Assembly: GCA_951406725.2 (NCBI GenBank)
Contig: OX597814.1
Span: 61,318,001 to 61,382,000 of the forward strand
DNA from: Octopus vulgaris
Taxonomy: Eukaryota
DNA length: 64,000 nucleotides
Direction: 5' to 3'
Shown here: positions 38,755 through 51,664 of the stretch, piece after piece
How the letters are laid out: every line of letters begins with the position of its first letter
Numbering within the stretch: position 1 is the stretch's first letter
Notes under the pieces: generated by a model
Database searches by the model: none
What the model was told of the DNA's origin: nothing
Seen by the model: the letters and a program-made list of their open reading frames with translations, nothing else
Translations under genes and position numbers: made by a program

Positions 38755-39094
38755 CCACCTGTCTAACACCTGTGGACATGTTTACAAAGTCAGAAAACAG
38801 CACAGCTCCCATTACTTTCGGAAACATTTTTTCATGCTAAGAGTTGCTGAAGTATGGAACAAACTACCAGCATCAGTTGTTAATTGTCGGAGCACTGCAT
38901 CCTTCAAAACTTCCATGCTTCCTGAGATTCGCCAACACTACACCTGATTTTCTCCCCTCCATACACATGCAAGCATGTATCTGACTCATACACTGTTCAC
39001 TTTCCAGACATTTGTACATTACTGCATATGCTTTATACACACTTTTGACAAGTTGTGGTGCACCTGAGCACTGTATACAATAATTTCATTATTA
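38755..39094 (+). mobile_element. 5'-truncated CR1-like LINE with TSD ttataact
   Basis: NTCGHVYKVRKQHSSHYFRKHFFMLRVAEVWNKLPASVV...SFK* (CR1 C-terminal TRGH..K / FF..RV...WN.LP), (ATT)n tail, TSD at 38747-38754 and 39095-39102. Confidence 0.9.
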
Positions 39095-41880
39095 TTATAA
39101 CTTGGACATTTTGTTTAAAAATTAATTTAGATATGATTATTGACATTACTCTTTGTTTACCCTTGCAAGTACAATATTTAAGGGAAAATTATTAAACTGG
39201 AATTCATTTTTATAGATTTAATTTCATTTTAGTCGTATCTTTTCAACCAATAGCAAATGTTAAGAACACTTATTTATATTTCTTTATTTATATTTGTCAT
39301 TGCTTCTTTATTTAAATTCAATAAAATTGTCTTTAAAACATGAAAATTCAAGAAATTTTCAAAAAATAAATATAGCTATGTAGGAGTTATTTATTCCGAA
39401 ATTCCACCCTTTTCACATATTATTCAAGGTTCTATGAATAATTAAATTTTACAAAATAATAGATGTAGTATAGTAATACAGAAAATTCTTTGAAATGTAG
39501 CCTTGTCAACTGGCAGTTAACTTCAATGTAAACTTCCAATATAATTTATATAAAAAAGCAAATAAGTGTATTGAAATAAGCAAGCATGAGATCAGAATAT
39601 TTTTCAAGCTTTATAGCTTGGACATTTTATTTAAAAATGAATTTAAATATAGTAACTGATATTATTCTTTGTTCACCCTTGTGAATTACCTTGCATAACC
39701 CTGTAAATTACCAATCACATTATCAGGTATGTATATATTTATTTACTGGCATATTAGATGCACTTTTATATTTTTAAATGTAAAAAAAATTGCAACTGTA
39801 TTACAGACGGGAGACCCAATGTTGCAGGCAAAGGAGCTGGAGAAGCACATGTCCATTAGGTACAATAATTGCTACTAATTATAAACTATTGGAAATAAGC
39901 CAATAATCACAGACTATAAGCACAAATTTATGGAAAATTACTTACAGTAAATTGGCAGTTATACAGAAAGGTCGGATTGTATCGCTGTACCTCCTTCTCC
40001 AGCATACATGACCTAAACCTAATGTTTGTCTTACATTATTTAATAGCTGTTACCTTTTAAGAATCCTTTGTTTATTATCAAATAAAAAATGCGCCAAGAT
40101 GAAAAAAGTGTAAACAAATTTTCATGTCAGTCATTTGCAATGTGTGGATGACAGCAAAACTGTAATGATAGTGCACCACAATGGTGGCTGGTTATGGTAA
40201 TATATCCAGAAATACAAGCTTCACATCTTGTATGGCTATTCTCTTCTCCAAAATATAGGCAACTATAACACTTGACCCAAAAGAAGATTGAGATACAACT
40301 CTCCTATATCATAGTTTATCTATAAGTTTCCTAAGGGGTTCAAATCTATGGCTAAAAATAGAAAAAGGCACTGCTATAACACTGAATTTAACTTAGATAT
40401 CATAGTATATGCAAAGAAGCAAGGTAATAGAACAGTACCACAGTATTTTGGTCCACCACCAGCCAACAAAATGGTAAGAATTTGGAGGAAACAATAAGAA
40501 TTGCTGAAAGTTGCTAGATGTAGCAAACAATGTCTTCATAGAGAAATTGTGAGGTTGCCTGAACTATAAGAAAAATTTAAAACATGGGTGCAAGACAAGA
40601 TAAGCTCAATCTTATTAGTATCCACTAAAATGATTATGCAGTATTCAAAAATTGTAGCAATGGACAGAGATATCAATGATTTTTAGAGGGTCAACACTAT
40701 GGTGTTTAAGATTTATGATGAGAAATAGTCCTGTATGAGACCAAGAATAAGAATAGCACAAAAATATGCCCTGAATACGAAAATAAAGTTATTAAGCTTC
40801 ACAGGTATGTAATTAATGTGAGAAAAATAGTTAATTTTGATCTTTCAGATAGCAAATATTGCTGAAGTCCCTTTAACATTTGATGTACTATCAAACAAGA
40901 TGATAAAATCCAATCCAAAACTGCTAAATCTGTGACAATTAAAGCCTATGGCCTTGAGAAAACACATTACATAGTTATATTAGCATGCTGTACTGATGAC
41001 ACAAAACTGTCAACATTTTTTGTAACATTGCCCAAAGAAAGAATACCCAATGGCATTTATGTTCATGTCCATCTAAAAGGTTGGATTGATGATGGAGGAA
41101 TTAAACTGTGGCTTGATAAAGTGTGGTTTGGGTATCTTGGTAGAATGTTAAAAAACATGCCTTGTTAGTCTGGGATCAGTTTTCTCTCTTAGAACTGAGC
41201 TTGTTAAGAGGATATTTGAAGAACTGAAGACCCAGTTAACTGTAACCTAACCAGTCACTAACAGCCTTCAGATGTTTCAGTAAGGAAACCATTTGAAGGA
41301 TTCATAAATAAGGAGTAAAACAAGTGGATGTAGTCTTCAGATTCTGAAATGACACCAACAGGAAGAAGGAAGTGGCCTATCTATAATATAGGTGTATTAA
41401 TGGGTAAAAAGTTCATGGAATACTGTGACAGAAGATATAGTTGTGAAATCATTTTTAAAATGTGGTAATTATAATGCCCTTGATGATACTGAGAATAATT
41501 TATAGAGAATTCCATTTATGAAGAAAGTAATATGAATGCCAACAGTGAGAATGCATTTTCAAACTTTGTGGTTGCTCACTTACATTTTGAAGGTCATGAT
41601 TTTCTAGATTTTGTTGGCAATTAAATAAACCTTTATCATACTTTCCTTTCTAACTTTTTATTATTTTTTTTTTTTTTGCTTGCTACAGTTTGTTCTATCC
41701 ACTGAAATACCAGTTTTTTCCAATTGCTTGGTGTGTATTAATTATATTATTATTATTATTCAGGGTATGCATGAATGCATTACATCCAGTATCAATGTCT
41801 TTAATATGGATCACAACCAGTTTCCTTAGATACTGAGGACCTTTCTTACAATTCTTGCTGTTCCCAATACAGAAGATTTC

Positions 41881-42020
41881 TACATTATTTACATTTGACA
41901 GATATTTGTCCTCATCTTGTTTGTTGTAAACACGTTTCAGCTGATATACTCTCCAGCCTTCATCAGATGTCATGGGAAAATTTTGAACCTGGGTTCTCAT
42001 TCCTAAGGTATTTTTCGATG

Positions 42021-42062
<42 letters not shown>

Positions 42063-42185
42063 GCCCATGGGCATATGGCATAGTGGTTAAGAGCACAGGC
42101 TACTAACCCCAAGATTCCGAGTTCGATACCAGGCAGTGACCTGAAGAAGAAGAAGAAGAAGAAGAAGAAGAAGAAGAAGAAGAAG

Positions 42186-42220
<35 letters not shown>

Positions 42221-42405
42221 CGACATTGAAAATTGCCTTAGAAATGAGAACCCAGGTTGGAAATTTCCTCAAGACACCTAATAAAGGCTATAGGGTGTAT
42301 CAGCCAAAACATTGTGTTAACAACAAACAAGATGAGGACAAATATCCATCAATGTAAATAATGTAAATAGTGTACATAATTCCTCATCTCTTAAATATAG
42401 AACTG
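41881..42405. mobile_element. Divergent inverted pair of a hammerhead-bearing repeat; the right copy has a tRNA-like head (candidate HHR-SINE)
   Basis: 41881-42023 is the reverse complement of ~42220-42370; CTGATGA...GAAAC in the left copy; A box 42076-42086, B box 42121-42130; 18-bp palindrome at 42059-42076. Confidence 0.7.
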
Positions 42406-42508
42406 CAGATGATTTCTGTATTAATACAACTCTTGTAGTTATACCAATCTCAATAAAGAAATTATCAAGTCTGTTGGTGATAGTATCTGGGATACCTATA
42501 ACTACTCG

Positions 42509-42540
<32 letters not shown>

Positions 42541-42543
<3 letters not shown>

Positions 42544-42746
42544 GGTGGTGAGCTGGCAGAGTTGTTAGCATGCTGAGCAAGATGCTTAGCAGTATTTCAC
42601 CCCTGGCTAAGTTCTGAGTTCAAATTCTATCAAGGTTGACTTTGCCTTTCATCCATTCGAAGTCAATAAATTGAGTATCAGTGAAACACTGAGATCGACT
42701 AACCTCCTCAACCCAAATTTCAGACTTTGTGCTTATAATAGAAAGG

Positions 42747-42790
<44 letters not shown>

Positions 42791-42998
42791 GAAGGTGAGT
42801 TGGCAGAACTGTTAGCATACTGGGCAGAATGCTTAGCAGCATTTTGTTCATCTTTTCATTCTGAATTCAAATTCCACCAAGGTAAATTTTGCTTTACATC
42901 CTTTTGGGGTTGATAAATTAAGTACCAGTTAAGTACTGGGGTCGATATGATTGACTTTACCCATCCCCTAAAATGTCTGGCCTTGTGCCTTTAATAGA
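42541..42998 (+). mobile_element. Two tandem family B SINEs separated by (TTA)n
   Basis: aaggtggtgagctggcaga at ~42542 and aaggtgagttggcaga at ~42792, each preceded by (TTA)n. Confidence 0.85.
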
Positions 42999-45060
42999 AA
43001 GGTAAACCTGAGATACCATGATATCTCTTCTTCTCAACTAGCTAATATTTTCTCAATTATTATTATTATTATTATTATTATTATTGAGAGGTATATGGTG
43101 GTTGTTGTCATTGGGTGTGCTGCCACACTGATCATACTATAACTAATATTAGTATTACTTGAATTAAGCATAGAAGCTGTGTATTTCTATTCAAAATGTG
43201 GAATCCAAAATGTAAATAATGTAAACTTAATTCAATTGGGATACAGATATATGGCACTAAAGTAAACTGAATCAATAATATCCTATGAATTGTAAGCATT
43301 CTAAAATAAGCCGTAATTTTCTTATGCACACACACTGAAAAAAATAAAAATCACATAATTTAATTATATGTAAGTTCTATTTTTCTTCTTTGAGATGTAA
43401 AATGTTCAATAGCTTCATCATACAATGAACCACTTTATTATTAGTTTTGAAAACAAATTAAGATCAAAGTTATATGATGATATGATGATATGGTAAGAAA
43501 AAAATTATTGTAAAAAAAAAATTAGTTTCAGTTTAGGAATTTAAAATTAAATTAAACATTCAACTTCTCACCATGAAAACGAACATGCAACTGTGCTGTC
43601 AAAGCTGTTGCACACTCTCCACTATTAATTTTTTTGGCATTCTCACATTATCCTACAATGCGCCCTGTACCATATTATGATACAATGCACTGTGTGGTGT
43701 GCAGTGTTATTTCAGGACACCTGCCACCAAATTTCAAACAGGGGTATAACAAGAGTTTTCTATTATGATTTGTGATTAAATTAATGAATAAGATTAATAT
43801 TTATAATGAATTTGCCATTTTTGATGGGTGTAGAGTGCACACCTAGCGCACCCAGAGTATATGCGCCTGTTATTATTATTATTTTAATGTCCACTTTTCC
43901 ATGCTTGCATTGGTTGGACAGAATTTTGCTGAGGTAGGTTTTCTACAGCCAGACGCCCTTCCTGTTGTCAACCCTCACCTATTTCCAATTCAGCTAATAT
44001 TTCCCCATAAACAAACATATTTTTCACAGTAGAATAGGAATAATGGACAGAGACATTTCTTTATAACTATCATGTAATATCAAGTCAAGGATGCAGTAAC
44101 ACACACACACACGGGCACACTCATATGCACACACAAGCTTTTTTTAGTTTCCATCAACTATATCCACTCGTATGGTTTTGCTTGGCCCAGGGCTATGCAA
44201 GAAGTCACTTGCCAAAGGTGCCACACACTGGGATTGAACCTGGAACCATGTGGTGGGAAGCAAACCAGCCATGTTTGTGTTTACTACCAATATGCAATTA
44301 AATCTTGCTTTGACTGCATATATTGTTCCTATTGATAGGAACTTATTCACATTTAGTTTACATGGCTGATTGTTTTGCTCCAGTTGTTACTTGAACAAAA
44401 AAATCAGTTTGCTTTTATTCACATGTACAAGATTCATTATATCAATGTATTTCTGTTTTGCTATAGAAAATTTAATTTAATTTCCTTTAAATGTTTATGT
44501 AAACTTACATTATACCATTTAGAAATTGATCCAATAAACTATTACAATGTTGTATTCACATACAGAGTTATATGTTTTCCATTACAAAGACACATTAAAA
44601 TAGCTTTAAATAAATGTATAATGAAAGATATTAAAACTCGATTCTTCCTCCCACAAAATAGCTTTGTAAAATAAGGGTGCATCTTATAAACCAGCAAATC
44701 CATAACCAAATACCCAAACACATTTATATAAAAAAAAATTGTTAATATATCACATCATATCAATTGCTAATCAGCTTTAAAATTATGGATGACTCAAAAT
44801 GTCTAAAATAAATAAACATCACTTTTTATGCTTGGATAAGCATAGTGTTGTAACAGTGTTATTTTATTTATTTTATATATGACATAAATACAGTATATTC
44901 GGTGGTTTTGAATGGAACTCGCACCTCCCTTCACATGACAATGAACTTATCTTACAATCAAAAAGTACATAAGTTTTGAAAGCCATAAACTGGTCTTATA
45001 AGGTTTGAAAGACATACTCTAAAAATTTAGAATAACAGCTTGCATATGAAACAAAACAAA

Positions 45061-45272
45061 TTAACCTTTTAGCATTCATAATGCTTGTTTATTCCCATTG
45101 TTTTGAATGTGTCCTGCATTATTTTGTAGTTTCAAGATTTTGATTATGTGACTGTATATTTTTTAAACTAATATTGGAAGGCAGGTTTGAGAGGCCGGCT
45201 CTGGCCTGTTTGAACATAAAACAGGAAGATTATTTTGGTCAGATATAGCTGGTTTAAATGCAGAAGAGTTAA
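45061..45272. mobile_element. piggyBac-like MITE (TTAA-flanked); other copies at 54744-54925, 57563-57790 and partial ~26895-27045
   Basis: TTAA-ccttttagcatt ... aatgcagaagag-TTAA; internal homology among copies. Confidence 0.75.
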
Positions 45273-45373
45273 AAATGTCAACACAAAGTGCCTAGCAATA
45301 ATAGCACTTCTTAGTTACGTAATTACATTATATGCCATAGAACCTCTCAAATCTAGAAACCATTGTCTAAGAA

Positions 45374-45585
45374 TTTCCATCATCAGCTACCAAACAGATA
45401 TCACAATGGTTTCCACACCTGAGCAGCACCATTCAATCCAGCAGTGTCAAATGTTAAAACATAAATGAACAAGCATATCAAATATATATTCCTATCATCA
45501 GCTGCCAAACAAATATCATTATGGTATTGACACCTAAGCATTATCATTCAAGCCAGCAGTGTCAACAGTATTAAAAACATAAACA
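45374..45585 (-). repeat. Two tandem ~115-bp units with hammerhead core words; third copy at ~60314-60396
   Basis: Plus: ccatcatcagct...ggtttc.acacct.ggcag.accattcaa.cc.gcagtgtcaa; the minus strand carries GAAAC and CTGATGA. Confidence 0.65.
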
Positions 45586-46424
45586 CCTCCTAAGAATAAA
45601 TAGAAATCAGTAGGAGCAAAACATTAATATAGTATATCCTGAGGCTATGAGAAAAGTGTCTTTCATACAGCATGTGTTACCCACTAAAAATGTTTAATTC
45701 ATTCTATTTCAGCTAATCTATTCCTGTTTACCAATACCTGCTATAAAGGCACAGGCATTGAATTATCTGCTATTGTTGTTTTGCCTTAGATTATCTCCTG
45801 TTGAGCAATTTCAACCATGACCAACCAGTTATAATTTAGGACTACATTAACCAATGTGGCTGCCCTTCTGTTTTCGAGACAAGAAGGTACATTATTTGAG
45901 AGAGATTTGGCTACTATTTCTAATAGATCAAGTGACTGTACAGATGTTCCTCATTGGTTCAGACCTCTTCTGTTCTTGATGTTAGTGTTGCTGCTGGTGA
46001 TGGTGTTGGTTTTGATATTGATGTTAAACTCTAGGCTAGCTAAGTAAATTTATTATCCAACACATTACAACCACAACCATCACCCTGCCCATTTCAGAGG
46101 TATGTTAAGATTAAATTGTCCAATATATTATTATTTCTTTACCAAATATGATACATGTGGTTAAAAGAAATTTGGCTGCTTTTTCTTCCAGATTGAGCAA
46201 TAACAAAGAGGCTCTCTTATTGCCTCAACAAGAGCAATTTATTATCAACAGGTGGTGGTGGTAGTGGTGGTAATCACATCCTGGTAAGTGCACTCTAGTA
46301 ATTTCATCACATGTTAATGATATTGCTAATGCCACAAGATTCATCATCAGATCATTTATGTTATCATATTTTTTATCTGCAAAATAAACATTGTTGAAAG
46401 TTTTAATTTACAGAGTAAATATTC

Positions 46425-46815
46425 CTTTATTCTTTTACTTGTTTCAGTCATTTAACTGCAGTCATGCTGGAGCATCACCTTGGAGAGTTTTAGTCAAATG
46501 AATTAACCCCAGTACTTATTTTTTAAAGCCTGGTACTTATTCTACTGGTTTCTTTTGCCAAACTACTAAGTCACAGGGATGTAAGCACATCAACACTGGT
46601 TGTCGAACAGTGATGGGGGTGGGACAAACACAGACACAACAACACACACACAGAGACATACATACATACATACATATATATACAATGGGCTTCTTTCAGT
46701 TTCTATCTACCAAATCCACTCATAAGGCTTTGGTCAGCCTGAGACTATAGTAGAAGACACTTGCCCAGGGTTACATGCAGTGGGACTGAACCCAGAACAA
46801 TGTGGCTGAGAAGCA
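46425..46815 (-). mobile_element. SINE family A
   Basis: Tail ttttacttgtttcagtcatt through gggactgaacccagaac. Confidence 0.85.
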
Positions 46816-48049
46816 AATCCCATTTTATTAACACTGAAAAAGTGATTCAAAGAGAAATAATTATTGAAGTTTGGTTCTCAATCACATGGTCTTGGGTTCA
46901 ATCCCATTGCACAGCACCTTGGGCCAACCGAAGCCTTGTGAGTGGATTTGATAGACAGAAACTGAAAGAAGAATCTGTATATATTTATATAAAATTTGTT
47001 TGACTTCATTACACACACACATATATATATATATATTCAGTAATCTAAAGCCTAAAAAAGATGGGCTTCTGTTAGAGACATGCAAAAGTAAGTCATATGG
47101 AACCAAATCAAACCGTTTTATATATATATATATATGGTTTGGTTTCTATGATCAGATGCCCTTCCTAACACTAACCACTTCTCAAAGTTTATTGGTGTCT
47201 TTTACAGGTCACCGACATGGTTGCTTTTTACCAGTACAAGTGCCCTTTATGTGTCACTAGCATGGGTGCCTTTTATGTGTCACTGGCACAGGTACCTTTT
47301 ATGCATCACCAGCATGGATGCCTTTCATGTGTCACCAGCACTGACCACAACCACAATTCTGCTTAGCTTGACTTGTCTTCTCAAGCATAGTAATTCACCA
47401 GAAGTCTCAATCACTTGTCATCACCCCATCCTGGGTCTACCTCTTCCACAGGTACTCTCCACAATTAGAGATCAGCAACATATGGTAAATTGCTTGCTAT
47501 TTCTAACAAATTGAGCAACTTCATTGTAGCTCCTTGGTTAGCTTGAAGTGTTTTGTTACTTGGTAGAGATAAATTCAAATTTCTCCTTTTCAGTCTGGAG
47601 TAAGTAACATTACAACTCTCTGATGCATTTACTCCTAGAAATACTGGAAAATTAAGTTTCAATGAACTCAATCACAACATATTAAGTTCTCAAAAACAAC
47701 AACTTTTCAAGCTTTATGTATCTTTGGTTCCTCTCTAATCTCCATAAACAGTCTATTTCTGCCGTTTTCATCATAAAAACAGAATTCTACATAGAAAGAC
47801 AACTGGTAAAGTTTCTCTAAATGTTCTATGGTCATTTTGAGTTTGAGATTATTTTTATTATTTATTTCAAGTAAATATCAACTGCTTAAATATCAAATGC
47901 TTCAACCTCACTAGATTTGGATGAACTGAAAAATCCTTACCCAAAATGGTGAGGTTGAATTAAGTTGTTGATATTTAATTTGAATTTCTGTCATTTAATG
48001 AAATACAGTGAAGAATTGAGAAGTGAGGGTATTCTGAAACTTGATATTG

Positions 48050-49480
48050 TTGTTTAACCTATTTAGTGCTGGATCTGATGAGTAAGACAAAGTAGTGATG
48101 ATAAGGAGAAAAGAGAATTAGATGAGTTTAGGTTGAGAAAGTTGTACAGTTAGCCAGAGTTTATAGGACTGGGAACTTTTGAAGTAATAATAGAAGCAAC
48201 ATGGGGGGTGGGGAACACTGCATTTTGGCATGGTATTGATTGTGGTGTTTTGGGAAAGAAACTTCATATCGCCAGATGATTTTTTTCTGGTTACAATCTA
48301 AAATGTTTATGTAGGAAGTAGCAGCTCCAGCTAAATACATGAGCTGTACTCTGATGAAAGATTGGCAGTTCTAGATTCAGCCTGACTTTTCAGGAAGATG
48401 ATGTCTAACGATTATAAACCAGTTCCATCTTTTAGTACTCAAACTTTAAGATATAAAATATAAAATATAAAAAAAAAACAACTCAATTTATTAGACACCA
48501 AAAATTGCAAGTGAAATAACTTATTTATATTCATTGGTGTTAATTTTCACCTTAATTGATATGAAAAGGTAGAGCATAGCCTGTAATTTTTTAAGATCCT
48601 GTTAAACTGGCGAAATAATGATAATTTACATTATTGGAGCTAATTTTCAATTTGGAGATTCATGGGAGAAAATACATATGAGAAAAGGATTATAGAAGGA
48701 AACTATTGTTTTCTCAGTTCTCTCAACAGAGGAAGTGTTGTTTCATACATTGATTGGGATGTCAAAAGATTCACAAATGAATGTAGGTAGCTATGTATTG
48801 ACAAACTGCCATCGACTGTCACCTGACAATGGCCAAGTGATCAAAACAAAAGTCTGCCTTGATAATCTGTGGCTCACTATAGCACCTTATAACTAGAGCT
48901 GGTATAAAATAAAAATGACAGGTTTGTTGATAGTAATAAACAGTTGGATTCATGATCATATTGTATAAGTTTTAGAAGTACTCGGTTTACACGTCCTCAC
49001 TATAATAATCTCATGTACAACAGCAAAAGTCAGGTCTAACAAACTTAATGTTTAATTAAGATGTAAATTAGAATTTACATTTTGTCTGAACAATCAAATT
49101 AAATTTTCAAGTGTTTGACTAATTACTGCATTAGGAGTTACAGAAAATTAAAGACAATCTCCTGGTAGTATTTCAAACATTTTTGCAACCACTTCAAAGC
49201 TAAAGAATAAATTCAAAAATTTCACAAAAGAAAATTCTATTTTGCCAAAGCATGTTTCAAAAAAGGTTTTTGAATGCACACAACCCTCTTTTGTTATCAC
49301 TGGCTCTTTCTCTTCTTTGCTGTAGTTTCCTAGTAACAAAACTTGTTTTTCTTTCCCTGTGAGCCACAAGTGCAGTCAGTTGTCTTCAGTCTTGACTTAT
49401 TCACACTATTGATTGCATCAGTACAGTTAATGTACTTAAAAATGTTGTTGTATCTCTGCCAATTTTCTAGTCCATTGCCG
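48050..49480 (+). pseudogene. Possible heavily decayed piggyBac-like transposase
   Basis: Patchy remnant SWYKIKMTGLLIVINSWIH (~48898-48953) resembles KW.K.LF...LD....NSWI; many stops; boundaries are approximate. Confidence 0.35.
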
Positions 49481-51664
49481 CATATACTCTACAATTATGT
49501 GTTTTTGTTAAAAAAAAGGAAAGCATCTATGATTTATTAGAATAGTGTGTTGGTGAAAATTGTACAAGTGAAAGATTAGTGGTCTTGCTGTATTTATCAA
49601 TATCCTTTTATTATGTAGTACAGGTATGTTGATGTAGTTATGATCATTTAGTTGTTTGATTCCACTGCATTGCACCTTAAGTCAACCAAAGCCTTGTGAA
49701 TAAGATTGTTGTGATGAAAAATGGGAAGAAACTCATCAGATGGAGTTCACGTTTTTAGGTGGTAGACATAGCCTATCATTCAGTTTAACACCACCAACAG
49801 ACTCCTAAGTGCCTTCATTACAGTTCACTCTGCTCCAAGAATTTGAGCCAGTCTAAGAGTGACTGCTCGTCCTTCCACTAATCTAGAAGCCCTATAAAAG
49901 CTATGAGCACAGTTCTTCCTCCTCTGAGAAAACAATAGAAATAATGTCATGTATTCAAATTAAACCAAGGTTTGCCTTTCATCTCTCTAGAGTTGAAAAA
50001 GAAAGCTCCCACTAATGTATTAGGACCTTCTTTTATGGCCTCGAGCCTAAATAAAAATCAATTTTTATTCATGTAATTCTATAAACTGGGATCATAATTC
50101 TGTGAGGCTCCATTTTAACCATTCATCCTACAAAGGTCAATAAAATAAGTATCAATAAAATGTTAAAATGTAATTTATTCAGTTAAATATATAAAATATA
50201 TTTAATGAAATAATAAGTAGAATAAAATAAATAATCAAAACAAACCAATATTTATATTCATTTTTCCTTTTTATAGGATGATGTGAAATGATGGGTCAGA
50301 CTATCTATTCAAGAGTAAAATGTTCATATCCACAGTAGATGTTTAATTCAAGTTTCTGAGTGGAACATTTGCTTTTTGTCTCTTTTTGCATCAAATTGAT
50401 CTGGCGGAAGAGCTTTGTATCTATGGTGTGTACAAATCTTTCAAGATCAATACTTCAATTTACTCTTCAAAATAGATACCAACAGGCCTTCTGGATCTTA
50501 TTAGCTATGATATACAATATCCTATCCGGGAGGAGTGACACATGAGGAGAAGTAGGTAAAGTGAGCGAGTTTAGCTAGAAATAATGCACTAGATAAGTGG
50601 CTCCCAACTCTTTCATTACCAAGAACTCTTTTCTTTTAAATGAATTTTCCATCAGACCCTAAGATTTTGAAAAAGATCTGTCTACTCAAACTAACATCAA
50701 ACTTACTTTCCCAGTTTCATCTTTCAGTTTAGAAATATATTCAACTGAAAAATCATGCATTTTACACTGCAGCCTTTTAAAAATTTTGAGCATAGCTCAT
50801 GGGCTCCTCTCACCCCAGTAATATCATTGTGGACTTTCAAATGTTTGTGGACTGCCAGGTTGAAACCATCATGCAAAATGATCAATGGCTCTCAATCTTT
50901 TTTGACTTCAAAACACACTGGAAATTAAACAAAATAAAAAAACATTTACTGGTGCACATCACCAGGAAAGTTAAGCCAAACTATGTTTAAAATATGGAAA
51001 ACTATTGCTTACAAGATGTTCAAGCATTAGCATGAATGTTCTGTTGCCTTAAATTTTATATTTAAAAATCCATGGTGCACTGAGATTCCTTTGCAGGGCA
51101 CCAGTCTGCCGCAACAAACCATTTGAAAATATCATTGTACTACATAATCAGCAAGCTCAAACAATAATTATCATCATTGTTTTTTGCATCCACTTCTTCC
51201 ATTGAGACAGTATTCTATGATCAGATTCCATTCCTGTTGCAACCACTGTTTTTTCTAGTAGAACTTATGAGTTGGCAAACTTTTCCTTTTCCTTTACAAA
51301 TGAGACAAACAATGTCACTGCTGCCCTAGCAATATTAATACAGAAAAAAATATGCTTGCACCTGTACATGTATATATGTACGTGTGTATGTACGTATGTA
51401 TATATATAATATGTATATATAATATATATATATGTATGTATATATGCGTATATATGTATACATGTATCCATCTAATTATCTATACATATATACATACACA
51501 AACACACACACACAACAAGTTTCTGTGCAGTTTCCTTCAACCAAATTTCACTCACAATACATTAGCCAACCCAATCTATAAGCTATAGTAGAAGACAATT
51601 GCTGAAGGTGCCATGTAGTAGGATCGACCATGAAACCACATGGCTGCTATGTAGCCAGGCCTAT

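Larger units (their letters stand above)
39740..44700 (+). mobile_element. Decayed pogo-like DNA transposon (Brinker-type DNA-binding domain plus DDE, coding remnant ~40348-41600) with nested insertions
   Basis: MAKNRKRHCYNTEFNLDIIVYAKKQGNR; IANIAEVPLTFD; EKTHYIVILACCTD; IPNGIYVHVHLKGWIDD; LVWDQF; remnants of QP.DVSV.KPF. Candidate TIRs at 39740-39763 and 44677-44700 (19/24 match). Confidence 0.75.

Noticed and set aside
42068-42142. tRNA gene (also 11738-11800)
   Set aside because: A and B boxes are present but the cloverleaf is imperfect and the sequence continues into a repeat body, so it is a SINE head.
50277-50556. Plus-strand exon-like segment after a strong acceptor
   Set aside because: Stops occur early in all three frames and there is no recognisable homology; it could only be non-coding.
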